Of a DNA stretch of 64,000 nt, positions 28,848-38,044 are shown in pieces (position 1 is the first letter of the stretch; each line of letters begins with the position of its first letter). A program made the translations under genes and the position numbers. A model generated the notes under the pieces. It had not been told where the DNA came from. It ran no database searches and saw only the letters and a program-made list of their open reading frames with translations. Where the stretch lies: assembly GCA_009841615.1 (NCBI GenBank), contig VXLL01000027.1:1223-65222 (forward strand), given 5' to 3'. Source of the stretch: Gammaproteobacteria bacterium. Its GTDB lineage: Bacteria > Pseudomonadota > Gammaproteobacteria > Pseudomonadales > Azotimanducaceae.

Positions 28848-30944
28848 TTACCAAAAACGACGTTTAATTCCTACGAAAAATTGTCTTAAATCCGCCGGGA
28901 AATAGCGGTGTTTTCCGAACGCGAAATCCGCACGATCGGCATAGTAGGTGTCGAAGACGTTGAGTATTCTACCGAAGATCGACCAGTGTTTACTGAGCTG
29001 AAAATGCATCCGAAAGTTCACGACATTGTGCCCACCATACCGCGCGGTATTCGCAGCATTTAGGTAGTGTGATCCGATCCGATTGAATTCTACTTCAGCC
29101 GTACCGGCAGAGCCTATGGTTGCTGACCAACGAGCATGTGCGAGGACGCGGGGCGCGGTATCCATTTGATTGCCGGAAAAAATCACTTCGCCTCTGGCGA
29201 GATTCCGGTTAAAGTCGTACACGTGGTTAGAAAAGGTACTCGCGACAGAAATCTTATGCACGTCATTGACTCGCCAATCAACTTCGACTTCGACCCCTCT
29301 CGAATCTGTCGCGCCATCGCTTACATTCATTCCTTTGGCATCTCGGAAAATGAGGTTGGAACTCGAGTCAAAGTAAACCGCGATGGAAAACTCGAGAGAG
29401 CGCCACGACGATTGCCAACCCAATTCAACTGAACGTGTATTTTCACTCTTAAGATCAGCGACAGTCTGACCACTTTGAAGTCGATACAGCTCTGTAATCT
29501 GTGGTGGTCGATAACCAATCGATGAGAGTACCCAAAAATTCGAAAGAGCCGTGGTTTGGAATTTATAGCCGATTCTTGCGGCTATACTTGTGAAACTGTC
29601 GGATCGATCACTGGGTCGGGTGTACAGACAGCCCCCGAAAGCACAGATTGAACCATCGTCGCGGGAGTTTCCGTCCAAATGACGATTGTCATACTGATAT
29701 TGCACATGCTCTACGCGAAGGCTCTCTTCTACTTCGTGTCGGTTGTCCCAGAGCTTGGTAGCACTCTGAAAGACTGCGTAGGTCCCCCCTGTTACCTTGA
29801 AGTCATAGTGTGTGCCAGTTGGTCGAGTCGCCTGCAAGAATTCCGATCCTACTGTTGGATGTTGTTGATGTTGTACCAGCGAAGCTCCGAACCATTCCAG
29901 TTGCGCGCCTAGCTTAATGCTCAGAGTATTGAATTGGGTCATCCGAAACAGTATTGCTCCTGCACTCATTTGTTCGTTGTCCTCACGCGGCTGACCTGGG
30001 AGAAAGTGTTGCAGGAAGTTCATTTGCGACATACGTGCGTAAGGGTATATGTATAAACCACTACCGTTGTCGATTTGGCTAGACACACGGAACGAGTCGG
30101 CGTTGCGAAACGCCTCAGGATTAGGATTGGCTCGCCGGAAGTTACGATCTTTGTATGATTGGTAGCCCAGTACGTACCCGCCGGTTTCTTGTCTCAGAGA
30201 TGTCATTGAGAGAGAATGGGTCGCATCCCAACTACCAAATTTCGAAGTCCATCCAACATTGAGTTTTTGTTGCGCGTACCCTGTATCTCGTCGGAATCCA
30301 TTCGTGTCTGTGGCATGAAATTTCATATGCGCTCTTCTGGTGTACCACGTCATACGAACTTGCCTGTAGTCATGCTGTCCAGATTCCAAACTCAGTGCAC
30401 TGGTCCCCTCACTTCCTACGAAGGGTCGGACGTTAATCACCCCGCGCATAGCGTTGCCGCCGTAGATAGCACTCGCTGGACCTCGTAGGACGGCTACGCG
30501 ATCAGCTTGCTCAATGTTGAGCTCAAACAATCCGTTGACGTTGCAAAATCCAATAGGACGCACGGGAATGTTATCCTCGAGAAGAAGGTAGGCTCCACAC
30601 GCGCCCGAACCTGCCAGTACGGCTGAACGAAGTCCCGTGAGATGTTCTTGACCTGAATTCTTTACAACCCATATACCAGGTGTCCTTGCGAAAATTTCGT
30701 GTGGATGAAGAGGTCTCGCGAGCTCAAGATCTTGATTATCGACTATCGTCAAACTACCAAGATTGGACCGAGTCGGTATATCGCGAGGATCGCCTTTGAC
30801 AATGACTTCTTCATTTAATTCGATGTCATCGGAGGGTTCGTTTCCGACAACCACGATGCCAAGAAAGAGAAAAGAGCACGCAATAAGAGTCGCTTGCACA
30901 CACGCGCGATCTACCAAAGTTAAGACCGTCACCAGGCTAGGCAT
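28848..30944 (-). CDS. TonB-dependent outer-membrane receptor
   Basis: A signal peptide is followed by a plug domain (EEVIVKG..., RTPGIWVV, AVLRGPASAIYGGNAMRGVINV) and a long beta-barrel ending in ...FFVGIKRRFW. Confidence 0.85.
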   Translation of the reverse strand: MPSLVTVLTLVDRACVQATLIACSFLFLGIVVVGNEPSDDIELNEEVIVKGDPRDIPTRSNLGSLTIVDNQDLELARPLHPHEIFARTPGIWVVKNSGQEHLTGLRSAVLAGSGACGAYLLLEDNIPVRPIGFCNVNGLFELNIEQADRVAVLRGPASAIYGGNAMRGVINVRPFVGSEGTSALSLESGQHDYRQVRMTWYTRRAHMKFHATDTNGFRRDTGYAQQKLNVGWTSKFGSWDATHSLSMTSLRQETGGYVLGYQSYKDRNFRRANPNPEAFRNADSFRVSSQIDNGSGLYIYPYARMSQMNFLQHFLPGQPREDNEQMSAGAILFRMTQFNTLSIKLGAQLEWFGASLVQHQQHPTVGSEFLQATRPTGTHYDFKVTGGTYAVFQSATKLWDNRHEVEESLRVEHVQYQYDNRHLDGNSRDDGSICAFGGCLYTRPSDRSDSFTSIAARIGYKFQTTALSNFWVLSSIGYRPPQITELYRLQSGQTVADLKSENTRSVELGWQSSWRSLEFSIAVYFDSSSNLIFRDAKGMNVSDGATDSRGVEVEVDWRVNDVHKISVASTFSNHVYDFNRNLARGEVIFSGNQMDTAPRVLAHARWSATIGSAGTAEVEFNRIGSHYLNAANTARYGGHNVVNFRMHFQLSKHWSIFGRILNVFDTYYADRADFAFGKHRYFPADLRQFFVGIKRRFW

Positions 30945-31016
30945 CAGGACACAACGAGAAGCAGGACATGGCGTCTCATGCTCGCTAATTTGGGCTAATG
31001 TCGTTGGTGAAATCTA

Positions 31017-31568
31017 TTAAGTCTCTTCGACTTTTTCGACCTTCAATTCTTCAAGAATTTTTGCCATGTCTTCAGCGGATGTATCTACCGACACATTCCG
31101 GTCGACTTTTAAGATTTTTCCATCTTTACCGATGTAAAAAGTGTGCCGTTTCGGGTTTCCACTCTTTGAAAGCACACCGTATTCTTTGGCGACTGCTTTA
31201 GTCTCGTCAGACAAGATCGCGAAGTCCGCTCCATACTTTTCCGCGAATGCTTGGTTGTCGTCTTCGGAGTCTACACTGATCATGAAGTAGTTCACTTTGA
31301 ACTTACGAATGAGGTCGCCATTTTTAGTAATTGATTTACACTGAGCGGTACACCCCGGCGTATCAGCTTTAGGGAACCAAGCGAGTACTACAGGTCCTTC
31401 TTTTAACAGATCCGACAATTTGTACTCTTCGTCGTCGGTGCCAGGTAGTGTAAAGTCTGGTGCTTCATCGCCCGCATTGAGTTCAACAGTTTCTGTTTCT
31501 TCACCAGAAGCTATTAGTGCTAGAACTGGTGCAATAACCACCAAGGAAAACGTTCGCCAAAATTTCAT
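31017..31568 (-). CDS. Periplasmic peroxiredoxin/thiol peroxidase (Bcp/PrxQ-like, AhpC/TSA family)
   Basis: A signal peptide is followed by GDEAPDFTLPG... and WFPKADTPGCTAQC, which carries the peroxidatic Cys in a TPGC context. Confidence 0.75.
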   Translation of the reverse strand: MKFWRTFSLVVIAPVLALIASGEETETVELNAGDEAPDFTLPGTDDEEYKLSDLLKEGPVVLAWFPKADTPGCTAQCKSITKNGDLIRKFKVNYFMISVDSEDDNQAFAEKYGADFAILSDETKAVAKEYGVLSKSGNPKRHTFYIGKDGKILKVDRNVSVDTSAEDMAKILEELKVEKVEET

Positions 31569-31629
31569 AGTTGATTCTCCTATCTATATGTATTCTTTCA
31601 CACACAGTATTTTAGTATCGAGTCTTCTG

Positions 31630-32421
31630 TCAGACCCGTAGTTCACAGCCGCGAATGATGGCATCCAGATACTTTTGTACGACGGGCACAAGACCGTGAT
31701 CGAGTGCATCAGCGATGAGCGCATGACCGATAGATACTTCACCAACATTGACAGCGCGACAGAACTCCGATAAGTTGTCTAAATTCAAGTCGTGTCCAGC
31801 GTTCACACCTAGTCCGAGTGCGTGCGCGGTATCGGCGGCTTTGATGTATTGCTCTAGGCATCGTGTAGCATCACTACTCTTGATTCCATAGTTCTCGACG
31901 GCTGTAGCCCAAGGTCCAGTAAAAAGTTCAATCCGATCGGTTTGAGTTTGGCGTGCTAGGCTGACAATTTCCGGATCCGCCTCGACGAAAATACTAACTC
32001 GGCATCCAAGTTCGTGCAGGTCATTGACAAAGTGGGACACCGTTTCCATATGTTTCGATTCACGTAGGTTCCAACCGTGATCTGAGGTTAGTTGAGATGA
32101 TTCATCAGGTACCAACGTGCACTGTGTTGGACGAGTATCTCGAACCAACTTCATAAATCCTGGATACCCATTGCTCTGTGGACCAGCCGTTGGGTTCCCC
32201 TCGATGTTGTACTCAACACTGAAGGAATGAGTTATGGAACTAAGTTCATAGACATCGTCTGGACGGATATGCCGTTGATCTGGTCGAGGGTGCACGGTGA
32301 TCCCGGTCGCACCGGCTTTGATGATTTTTGTACTTGCCGCGCCGACATTCGGTTCGTTGCCATTACGGGCGTTTCGTAGCCACGCAATCTTGTTGACATT
32401 TACCGATAATACTGTGTGCAC
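31630..32421 (-). CDS. pdxJ: Pyridoxine 5'-phosphate synthase
   Basis: VNVNKIAWLRNARNG, HPRPDQRHI, NIEGNP, NAGHDLNLDNL and EVSIGHALIADAL fit the PdxJ TIM-barrel motifs. Confidence 0.8.
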   Translation of the reverse strand: MHTVLSVNVNKIAWLRNARNGNEPNVGAASTKIIKAGATGITVHPRPDQRHIRPDDVYELSSITHSFSVEYNIEGNPTAGPQSNGYPGFMKLVRDTRPTQCTLVPDESSQLTSDHGWNLRESKHMETVSHFVNDLHELGCRVSIFVEADPEIVSLARQTQTDRIELFTGPWATAVENYGIKSSDATRCLEQYIKAADTAHALGLGVNAGHDLNLDNLSEFCRAVNVGEVSIGHALIADALDHGLVPVVQKYLDAIIRGCELRV

Positions 32422-33030
32422 TTACTCTGTCGCGGGCAGATCTTCTTCCATTTCAAGAAGTTCATGTTCGACTTTTTCTTCGAACTCTTCACGCATCAAC
32501 GGGACTACTATATGAGCAACAGCGTGCACGATCAAACCCGTTAGTGTCCATGCGAAAATTACGAACAGTACCCAAGCTTTGTCGTTGAACGCGTAAGCAA
32601 CCACTAGGTTGGCGATCCCCGCAAGAAGATAGGTGATTCCGAATACCACACAGATAGCAGTCCAGAAAAATTGAAAAAGAAACATCCATCTCCCCAAGAT
32701 CCATTGAAGGATTTTTTTTCGATCTAGGACGAGAGCGAGGAAGCAAACCGCGCTTATGGTCCAAAAAACCACCGTAGGTCGCCATTTGATCGCGATCGGA
32801 TCTTGAAACACCATAGCAATTACGACTGTTGTCATCGCTACACCGAATGCGGTCCACATTAGATTGGAAATTTTCCAATTGAAGACTAGGCGAAATATCA
32901 TGAATTGAGCTGCTAAAACAATCATGAAAAGAACTGTAGCCGAGTAAATGTTCTGATCGAAGAAAAAGAAGTAAGAAACTCCAAAAGCGAGAGCAGCTAT
33001 TAAGTCAGTGATACCGTAAGCAAACATCAA
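32422..33030 (-). CDS. YciB/IspZ-like inner-membrane protein (intracellular septation protein A family), copy 1
   Basis: Five-TM pattern with ...DQNIYSATVLFMIV...IKWRPTVVFW...ANLVVAYAF..., collinear with E. coli YciB. It has an acidic C-terminal tail. Confidence 0.6.
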   Translation of the reverse strand: MMFAYGITDLIAALAFGVSYFFFFDQNIYSATVLFMIVLAAQFMIFRLVFNWKISNLMWTAFGVAMTTVVIAMVFQDPIAIKWRPTVVFWTISAVCFLALVLDRKKILQWILGRWMFLFQFFWTAICVVFGITYLLAGIANLVVAYAFNDKAWVLFVIFAWTLTGLIVHAVAHIVVPLMREEFEEKVEHELLEMEEDLPATE

Positions 33031-33187
33031 TGCATTCCTTATTTGGACCTATGCGATTATAGCCTCGACACTCGGCGTTCCCGAGTTCGTGTTCAAGGAG
33101 GGAAACGGAACATAAGATCAATTGGACTGACAAACCTTCCGTCAATATGCAGTCGTGTTGACCGTTGAGCCTCAATTTACTATGCGC

Positions 33188-33805
33188 TTACTGCGTCGAT
33201 TCGTGGTCGCTCGGTTCTAGTTTCTGTGTGATCGATTCTTTGCTATCTGGTTCAAAAATTGCCCCTCCAGTTCGACGATGTTCTACCCAGAATACTATTC
33301 CTAACAAGGTGCCAGAAAGCAGGGGCCACACAAACCACGACAAAAATTTGTAAAACATCCAGGTCTGCTCGGAGAACGAGTAGGCAACTACGATGTTGGT
33401 AGTACCCGATAGCAGAAACACGATCCCGAGCACCAGAGTTTGATAATTCCAGAGTCGGTCTGAGAGTTGTACGTAGTCTTCGAGGAGCCACTTAAGGATG
33501 TTTTTACGACCGAGAAAGTGGGTCATTAGAAACGCAGCACTCATCGCCCATGAGATTGCTGTGGGTCGCCACTTGATAATGATCGGCATTTGAAACACTA
33601 TCGTGATGGTCCCCGCAGTCATACCTACCCCAAGTACGACCCACATTAGCTTAGAAATTTTCAATTTGAAGAGGAAACAAATTATGAATTGGACGACTAG
33701 CGCAATCATAAAAAATGCGGTAGCCCAATAAATGTCCTGGTCCACAAGGAAGAAGTATGAACCTATAAAAACTACGCCAGGTGCGATTTCAAGAATCTGG
33801 TACAA
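33188..33805 (-). CDS. YciB/IspZ-like inner-membrane protein, copy 2 (tandem paralog)
   Basis: Collinear with the neighbour: DQDIYWATAFFMIA...IKWRPTAISW...TNIVVAYSF. Confidence 0.6.
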   Translation of the reverse strand: MYQILEIAPGVVFIGSYFFLVDQDIYWATAFFMIALVVQFIICFLFKLKISKLMWVVLGVGMTAGTITIVFQMPIIIKWRPTAISWAMSAAFLMTHFLGRKNILKWLLEDYVQLSDRLWNYQTLVLGIVFLLSGTTNIVVAYSFSEQTWMFYKFLSWFVWPLLSGTLLGIVFWVEHRRTGGAIFEPDSKESITQKLEPSDHESTQ

Positions 33806-33861
33806 AGTTTCAATCCTCTCCGTGAATCGGTTAGTTCATTCTAGTGTTAGATCATCGCAAG

Positions 33862-34542
33862 TTAGGTGGATTCCGGCAGTCTGCCAACTAGCAGAATCTG
33901 GTCTTTAGCCACTCCAACCACCATACATTTCCCACGATCTGCAATATTGACGTTTGAGCCTACGGTCACCGGTTCAGTGGGTCGGTTCGTACGAAAGACT
34001 TGTCTTTTTACCTGACCACGGTGTTCTGCTCTAGCTACGATCTCTTGCCCTAGATAACACCCCTTTGTGAAACTGACTGCACCATGTTGGGTTAGATTTA
34101 ACATTTGTGGTAGGAACAGCCCGCTCGTGTTTTCTTGTACGATGGGAAATTCGTTGCTGACGGTGAGGTGATTCAGTTGATTGTCCGCACCCGTGGACGG
34201 CATTACTCCCCAGCCAAACGGGGCAAATTCAACCTCGCCTTCGACAACAGTAGCTGTGAGACTCAGTTCCTCTTTTTCATCAATGAACTCTGATTTAGCA
34301 AACGCGATGTATCTTCCGAGGTGATTCTTGACTGTTTCTAGTAAAGACTGATGGAAAACGAGCGTAACTTGCGTGGCCTGTCCATAGCACCATCCGTTGG
34401 CGATGACGCGGCCCTTGATTTCGGTGATTGCAGATGGTAGACCCTGCTTCGGTTGAATCGAGTCCAAGTCGTTGGTGACGTAGCCTTGAAGAAATTTGGC
34501 GGCGTCAATTCCACTAACTGTCAGTGAGGCAAGATATCCCAT
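33862..34542 (-). CDS. ygfZ: YgfZ/CAF17-type folate-binding Fe-S cluster repair protein (short form)
   Basis: Carries the signature KGCYLGQEIVARAEHRGQVKR. It is divergent from sdhE, as in E. coli (ygfZ/ygfY). Confidence 0.75.
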   Translation of the reverse strand: MGYLASLTVSGIDAAKFLQGYVTNDLDSIQPKQGLPSAITEIKGRVIANGWCYGQATQVTLVFHQSLLETVKNHLGRYIAFAKSEFIDEKEELSLTATVVEGEVEFAPFGWGVMPSTGADNQLNHLTVSNEFPIVQENTSGLFLPQMLNLTQHGAVSFTKGCYLGQEIVARAEHRGQVKRQVFRTNRPTEPVTVGSNVNIADRGKCMVVGVAKDQILLVGRLPEST

Positions 34543-34599
34543 ACTTCTTTTAGAATCTCACATTTTGGGAATAGTATTGAATTGTGATACTTTCAAGTC

Positions 34600-34884
34600 G
34601 TGAAGCATTCTGACAAATCCGTACTCCATCAACAAGCACTTTGGCGCTCACGGCGAGGAATGCTAGAGCTAGACCTTTTATTTCGCCCTTTTGCAGAAGC
34701 ATGTTTTGAACAACTTTCAAGCGAGTTTCAGTTAGCGTTTGTTGAACTGCTTGATAGGGACGACTTTGAACTATTAGATCTAACACGGCAGCCAGATCAG
34801 ATTCCTCGTTTTACCAAACTCATTCAGATGGTGATGCGATTTCGAACAACCGGCGAGATTGAGGACTCGAAACCATTGTGCTAA
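34600..34884 (+). CDS. sdhE: FAD assembly factor SdhE (YgfY)
   Basis: Contains WRSRRGMLELDLLF..F, the RGxxE motif family. 94 aa with a GTG start. Confidence 0.8.
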   Translation: MKHSDKSVLHQQALWRSRRGMLELDLLFRPFAEACFEQLSSEFQLAFVELLDRDDFELLDLTRQPDQIPRFTKLIQMVMRFRTTGEIEDSKPLC

Positions 34885-34888
34885 ACGA

Positions 34889-36487
34889 TTAAAACACATC
34901 GAGAGGATCCATGTCCGGTCGGATGATACTGGGTGATGCGTTGGGACTTGTTTCAGGATAGTCTTTGTTAAAGTGTAGGCCGCGAGATTCTTTTCGCCAT
35001 TGAGCGGCTTTTACTATGAGTTCTGCGACCATAATTAAATTTCTCAGTTCCAACAAATCACTGTTTACTCGGAACTTCGAGTAGTACTCGTGCACTTCGC
35101 GTTTCAACATATCAATGCGACGAGAAGCTCGTTCTAGCCGTTGGTTGGTTCGCACGATCCCGACATAGTTCCACATAAAGCTTCGTAATTCGCCCCAGTC
35201 TTGCGAGAGAACGACATCTTCATCAGATTCTGTGACTTGACTTTCGTCCCACTCCGGAATGACGAGATCCATTTGTTGCAGAACAGTCCAATTTTGTTGT
35301 ACGTGTTTTGCCGCGGCGGTGGCGTATACAAAGCACTCAAGTAATGAATTGCTTGCTAATCGATTCGCTCCGTGCAATCCGGTACACGCAGTTTCGCCCA
35401 CTGCATAGAGTCCCTCAATATCGGTTAGTCCGTCGCGATCGACCAATACGCCACCACACGTATAGTGTGCGGCTGGAACGATCGGAATCGGTTCGCGCGT
35501 CATATCGATTCCAATACTCAGTAGTTTCTCATAGATTGATGGGAACCGTTCCTGCACATGGGTCGCTGCGAGTTGGCTTACATCCAGATACAACGAGGGT
35601 ACTCCGAGACGTTTCATTTCAAAATCAATCGCCCGCGCAACGACATCTCGCGACGCCAGCTCTTCCCTTTCATCAAATCGATGCATAAACGAATCGCCGT
35701 TAGGTAAGATCAACTTTCCACCTTCACCTCGTACTGCTTCTGAAATCAAAAATGAGGTAGCGCTCGGATGGTATAGGCAGGTTGGGTGAAACTGATTGAA
35801 TTCCATGTTTGAAATGCGACAGCCTGCTCGCGCGGCAATCGCAATACCATCCCCAGTCGCGCCTGCTGGGTTGCTGGTGTATTTGTACACTTTGGAAGCA
35901 CCGCCCGTAGCGAGCACAACACATGGGATCGCCAAGGTCTCCACGATTTGTTGTCCTCGGTCGTAGACGTACATTCCTAGCACTCTGTTGTCGTGTTTAC
36001 CGAGCTTTTTGCTAGTGATAAGATCGATAGCTACTCTGTTGACACGAACCTCAATGTTGGGATGGTCACTTACATGCCGTATGAGGGTTGCGGCAATAGC
36101 ATGGCCAGTTTCATCTGCAACGTGTAGTACTCTGGGAAAGCTGTGAGCACCTTCATTGGCGAGCTGAAACCCTTCAGTGTCTCGATCGAAGGGTACGCCG
36201 AGCTCCACAAGACGCGCAACCACCTGATTGGCTTGACCGACTACCATGCGCACGACTTCTGGTATACACAAACCAAATCCCGTGTTTAAGGTGTCTTGAA
36301 CGTGCGCCTCCAAAGAGTCCCCTTTGTGAGTTACGGCTGCAACGCCACCTTGCGCTTGTGTGGTCGAGCCAGCTGTGAGATCCTCCTTGGTGATCAACAG
36401 GACCTTGTGGGTTTCAGCTAACTGAAGAGCCGTGGTGAGTCCAGCCGCCCCTGCTCCAACAATTAATACGTCTGCGTCAACGCTCAT
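34889..36487 (-). CDS. nadB: L-aspartate oxidase
   Basis: FAD-binding N-terminus DVLIVGAGAAGLTTAL, plus HYTCGGV, GLYAVGETACTGLHGANRLASNSLLE. It is divergent from rpoE as in E. coli. Confidence 0.95.
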   Translation of the reverse strand: MSVDADVLIVGAGAAGLTTALQLAETHKVLLITKEDLTAGSTTQAQGGVAAVTHKGDSLEAHVQDTLNTGFGLCIPEVVRMVVGQANQVVARLVELGVPFDRDTEGFQLANEGAHSFPRVLHVADETGHAIAATLIRHVSDHPNIEVRVNRVAIDLITSKKLGKHDNRVLGMYVYDRGQQIVETLAIPCVVLATGGASKVYKYTSNPAGATGDGIAIAARAGCRISNMEFNQFHPTCLYHPSATSFLISEAVRGEGGKLILPNGDSFMHRFDEREELASRDVVARAIDFEMKRLGVPSLYLDVSQLAATHVQERFPSIYEKLLSIGIDMTREPIPIVPAAHYTCGGVLVDRDGLTDIEGLYAVGETACTGLHGANRLASNSLLECFVYATAAAKHVQQNWTVLQQMDLVIPEWDESQVTESDEDVVLSQDWGELRSFMWNYVGIVRTNQRLERASRRIDMLKREVHEYYSKFRVNSDLLELRNLIMVAELIVKAAQWRKESRGLHFNKDYPETSPNASPSIIRPDMDPLDVF

Positions 36488-36558
36488 GGCCAGCTACTTG
36501 ATTTTTTACTGGGAACCCACTTGAAACAGTCTGTTTTTCTGGCATGTTCATGGGTTAG

Positions 36559-36587
36559 GGAACTTTTTTACTGTTACCGCTAACAAA
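36559..36587 (+). promoter_or_regulatory. Tentative sigma-E-type promoter upstream of rpoE
   Basis: GGAACTT (36559-36565) is followed 17 nt later by ACAAA (36583-36587). The E. coli consensus is roughly GGAACTT-N16-TCAAA. The spacing and the -10 element are imperfect. Confidence 0.25.
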
Positions 36588-36714
36588 CTAAGTATCAATG
36601 AACTGTTGTCTAAGCACACGTGTTGTTCAGGAGTGTAATGCTCTACAATATTTAAAAAATATTTGACCAGTGGTCTGCTCGATTCTCGCGGTCAATGATC
36701 AAAGGAACATTCAC

Positions 36715-37299
36715 TTGACAGTAAAGGAAGACACAGACGCCGTATTGGTGAAGCGAGTACAAGCAGGTGACAACCGGGCGTTCGATTTGCTGTTCCATCG
36801 ATATAAGCACCGGTTACGGTCAGCCGTGAGTCGAATTTTAGATAACCGCGAAGATGTGGATGACGTGGTGCAAGATGCTTTCGTCAAAGCTTATCGGGCA
36901 CTACCGAAATTTCGTGGGGACAGTCAATTTTTTACTTGGCTGTATCGCATCGCTACCAACACTGCAAAGAACCACCTAGTGGCTAAGGCACGCAAGCATA
37001 CTAATACCGATATCGACATCTACGAAGAGACTTCTAGCAACGAATATACCCATCTCCAAGAAAATGAAAATCCAGAAAATCTGTTAGAGTCTCGAGAGTT
37101 GGAACTTTTGATTAAGGAGACTGTCCAAAACCTTGAACCAGAACTACGGAGTGCTATTACGTTACGAGAACATGCGGGTCTGAGCTACGAACAGATCGCT
37201 CAGATCATGGATTGTCCGGTGGGAACGGTTCGTTCACGAATATTTCGGGCACGTGCATCAGTGTCTGAGAAAATTCGCGAGCGTGAAAACAGGTTCTAA
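36715..37299 (+). CDS. rpoE: ECF sigma factor RpoE (sigma-24)
   Basis: VKRVQAGDNRAFDLL..., FRGDSQFFTWLYRIATNTAKNHLVA, and LREHAGLSYEQIAQIMDCPVGTVRSRIFRAR. TTG at 36715 is preceded by AAGGA and aligns with the E. coli N-terminus. The longer ORF starts at GTG 36670. Confidence 0.9.
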   Translation: MTVKEDTDAVLVKRVQAGDNRAFDLLFHRYKHRLRSAVSRILDNREDVDDVVQDAFVKAYRALPKFRGDSQFFTWLYRIATNTAKNHLVAKARKHTNTDIDIYEETSSNEYTHLQENENPENLLESRELELLIKETVQNLEPELRSAITLREHAGLSYEQIAQIMDCPVGTVRSRIFRARASVSEKIRERENRF

Positions 37300-37429
37300 C
37301 AAGTAATGAATAATTAATTAACCTTGTGAAAGGAAGGAGAATATCGTAAAGCACAATGATTTTTCGTATAAAATTGAGTGTTAACTCTTGGGTTTCCCGA
37401 GAGGTCATTCCAACAAGCGTTGAGAAATC

Positions 37430-38044
37430 ATGATGTCTGATTCGTTGAAAACGTCCCTTTCCGCATTTGTCGATGGAGAAGCTTCGACAGACGAATCCTC
37501 GCAAGTTTTACAACAGTTAGCCGAGGACGAAGAATTGCGAGCAGAGTGGAAAAATTACCACTCGATCGCTGCTGTATTAAGGAATGAAGGCATCTCTAAT
37601 GTGCAAGTGCCGACGGATTGGGATGCCCTTGCTGACGCACTTCCGGTTAATGGTGATGTTCTACCGTTCCGATCGCGAAATAGGGTCAAGAATATGTTGG
37701 TCCATGGAGGTATCGGCGCCGGTCTTGCGGCGTGTATCATGGTCGCGATGTTTTTCCTGTTTACAGACAATCCTTCCGAGTCTGCCTCAAACTTAGCCAA
37801 AACCAACGCGACGGAGGACAGCGTCTCTAATGCACTCACGTCTCAAGACTTCGCTCAGCAACCACGTTCCTTTGACAGTCCGTTTGAAATGAGTGTATCG
37901 GTGGTACCTCCAGAAATTCTTGCAGACCTTCACCAGATGATGCTGGATGCTTTGCTCGCTCACGACATCAGCCGTTCCGGCATAGAACAATCATTGCTAC
38001 ATGATGCGAACATAATCTCAAGGAACGTATCCCAAGAGTTATGA
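37430..38044 (+). CDS. rseA: Anti-sigma-E factor RseA
   Basis: The N-terminus LSAFVDGEAS...WKNYHSIAAVLR matches the RseA_N pattern. It has a central TM segment (GIGAGLAACIMVAMFFLF) and sits directly after rpoE. Confidence 0.8.
   Translation: MMSDSLKTSLSAFVDGEASTDESSQVLQQLAEDEELRAEWKNYHSIAAVLRNEGISNVQVPTDWDALADALPVNGDVLPFRSRNRVKNMLVHGGIGAGLAACIMVAMFFLFTDNPSESASNLAKTNATEDSVSNALTSQDFAQQPRSFDSPFEMSVSVVPPEILADLHQMMLDALLAHDISRSGIEQSLLHDANIISRNVSQEL

Noticed and set aside
25326-31600. Calling the region downstream of ssrA a bona fide integrated genomic island.
   Set aside because: I found no integrase, excisionase or phage genes, and by eye no second copy of the ssrA 3' end within the window. I report only the ORF/ssrA overlap as a finding.
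32489-32878. 129-aa same-strand alternative-frame ORF inside the first yciB-like gene.
   Set aside because: The annotated frame gives a coherent five-TM YciB-like protein. The alternative frame has no features.
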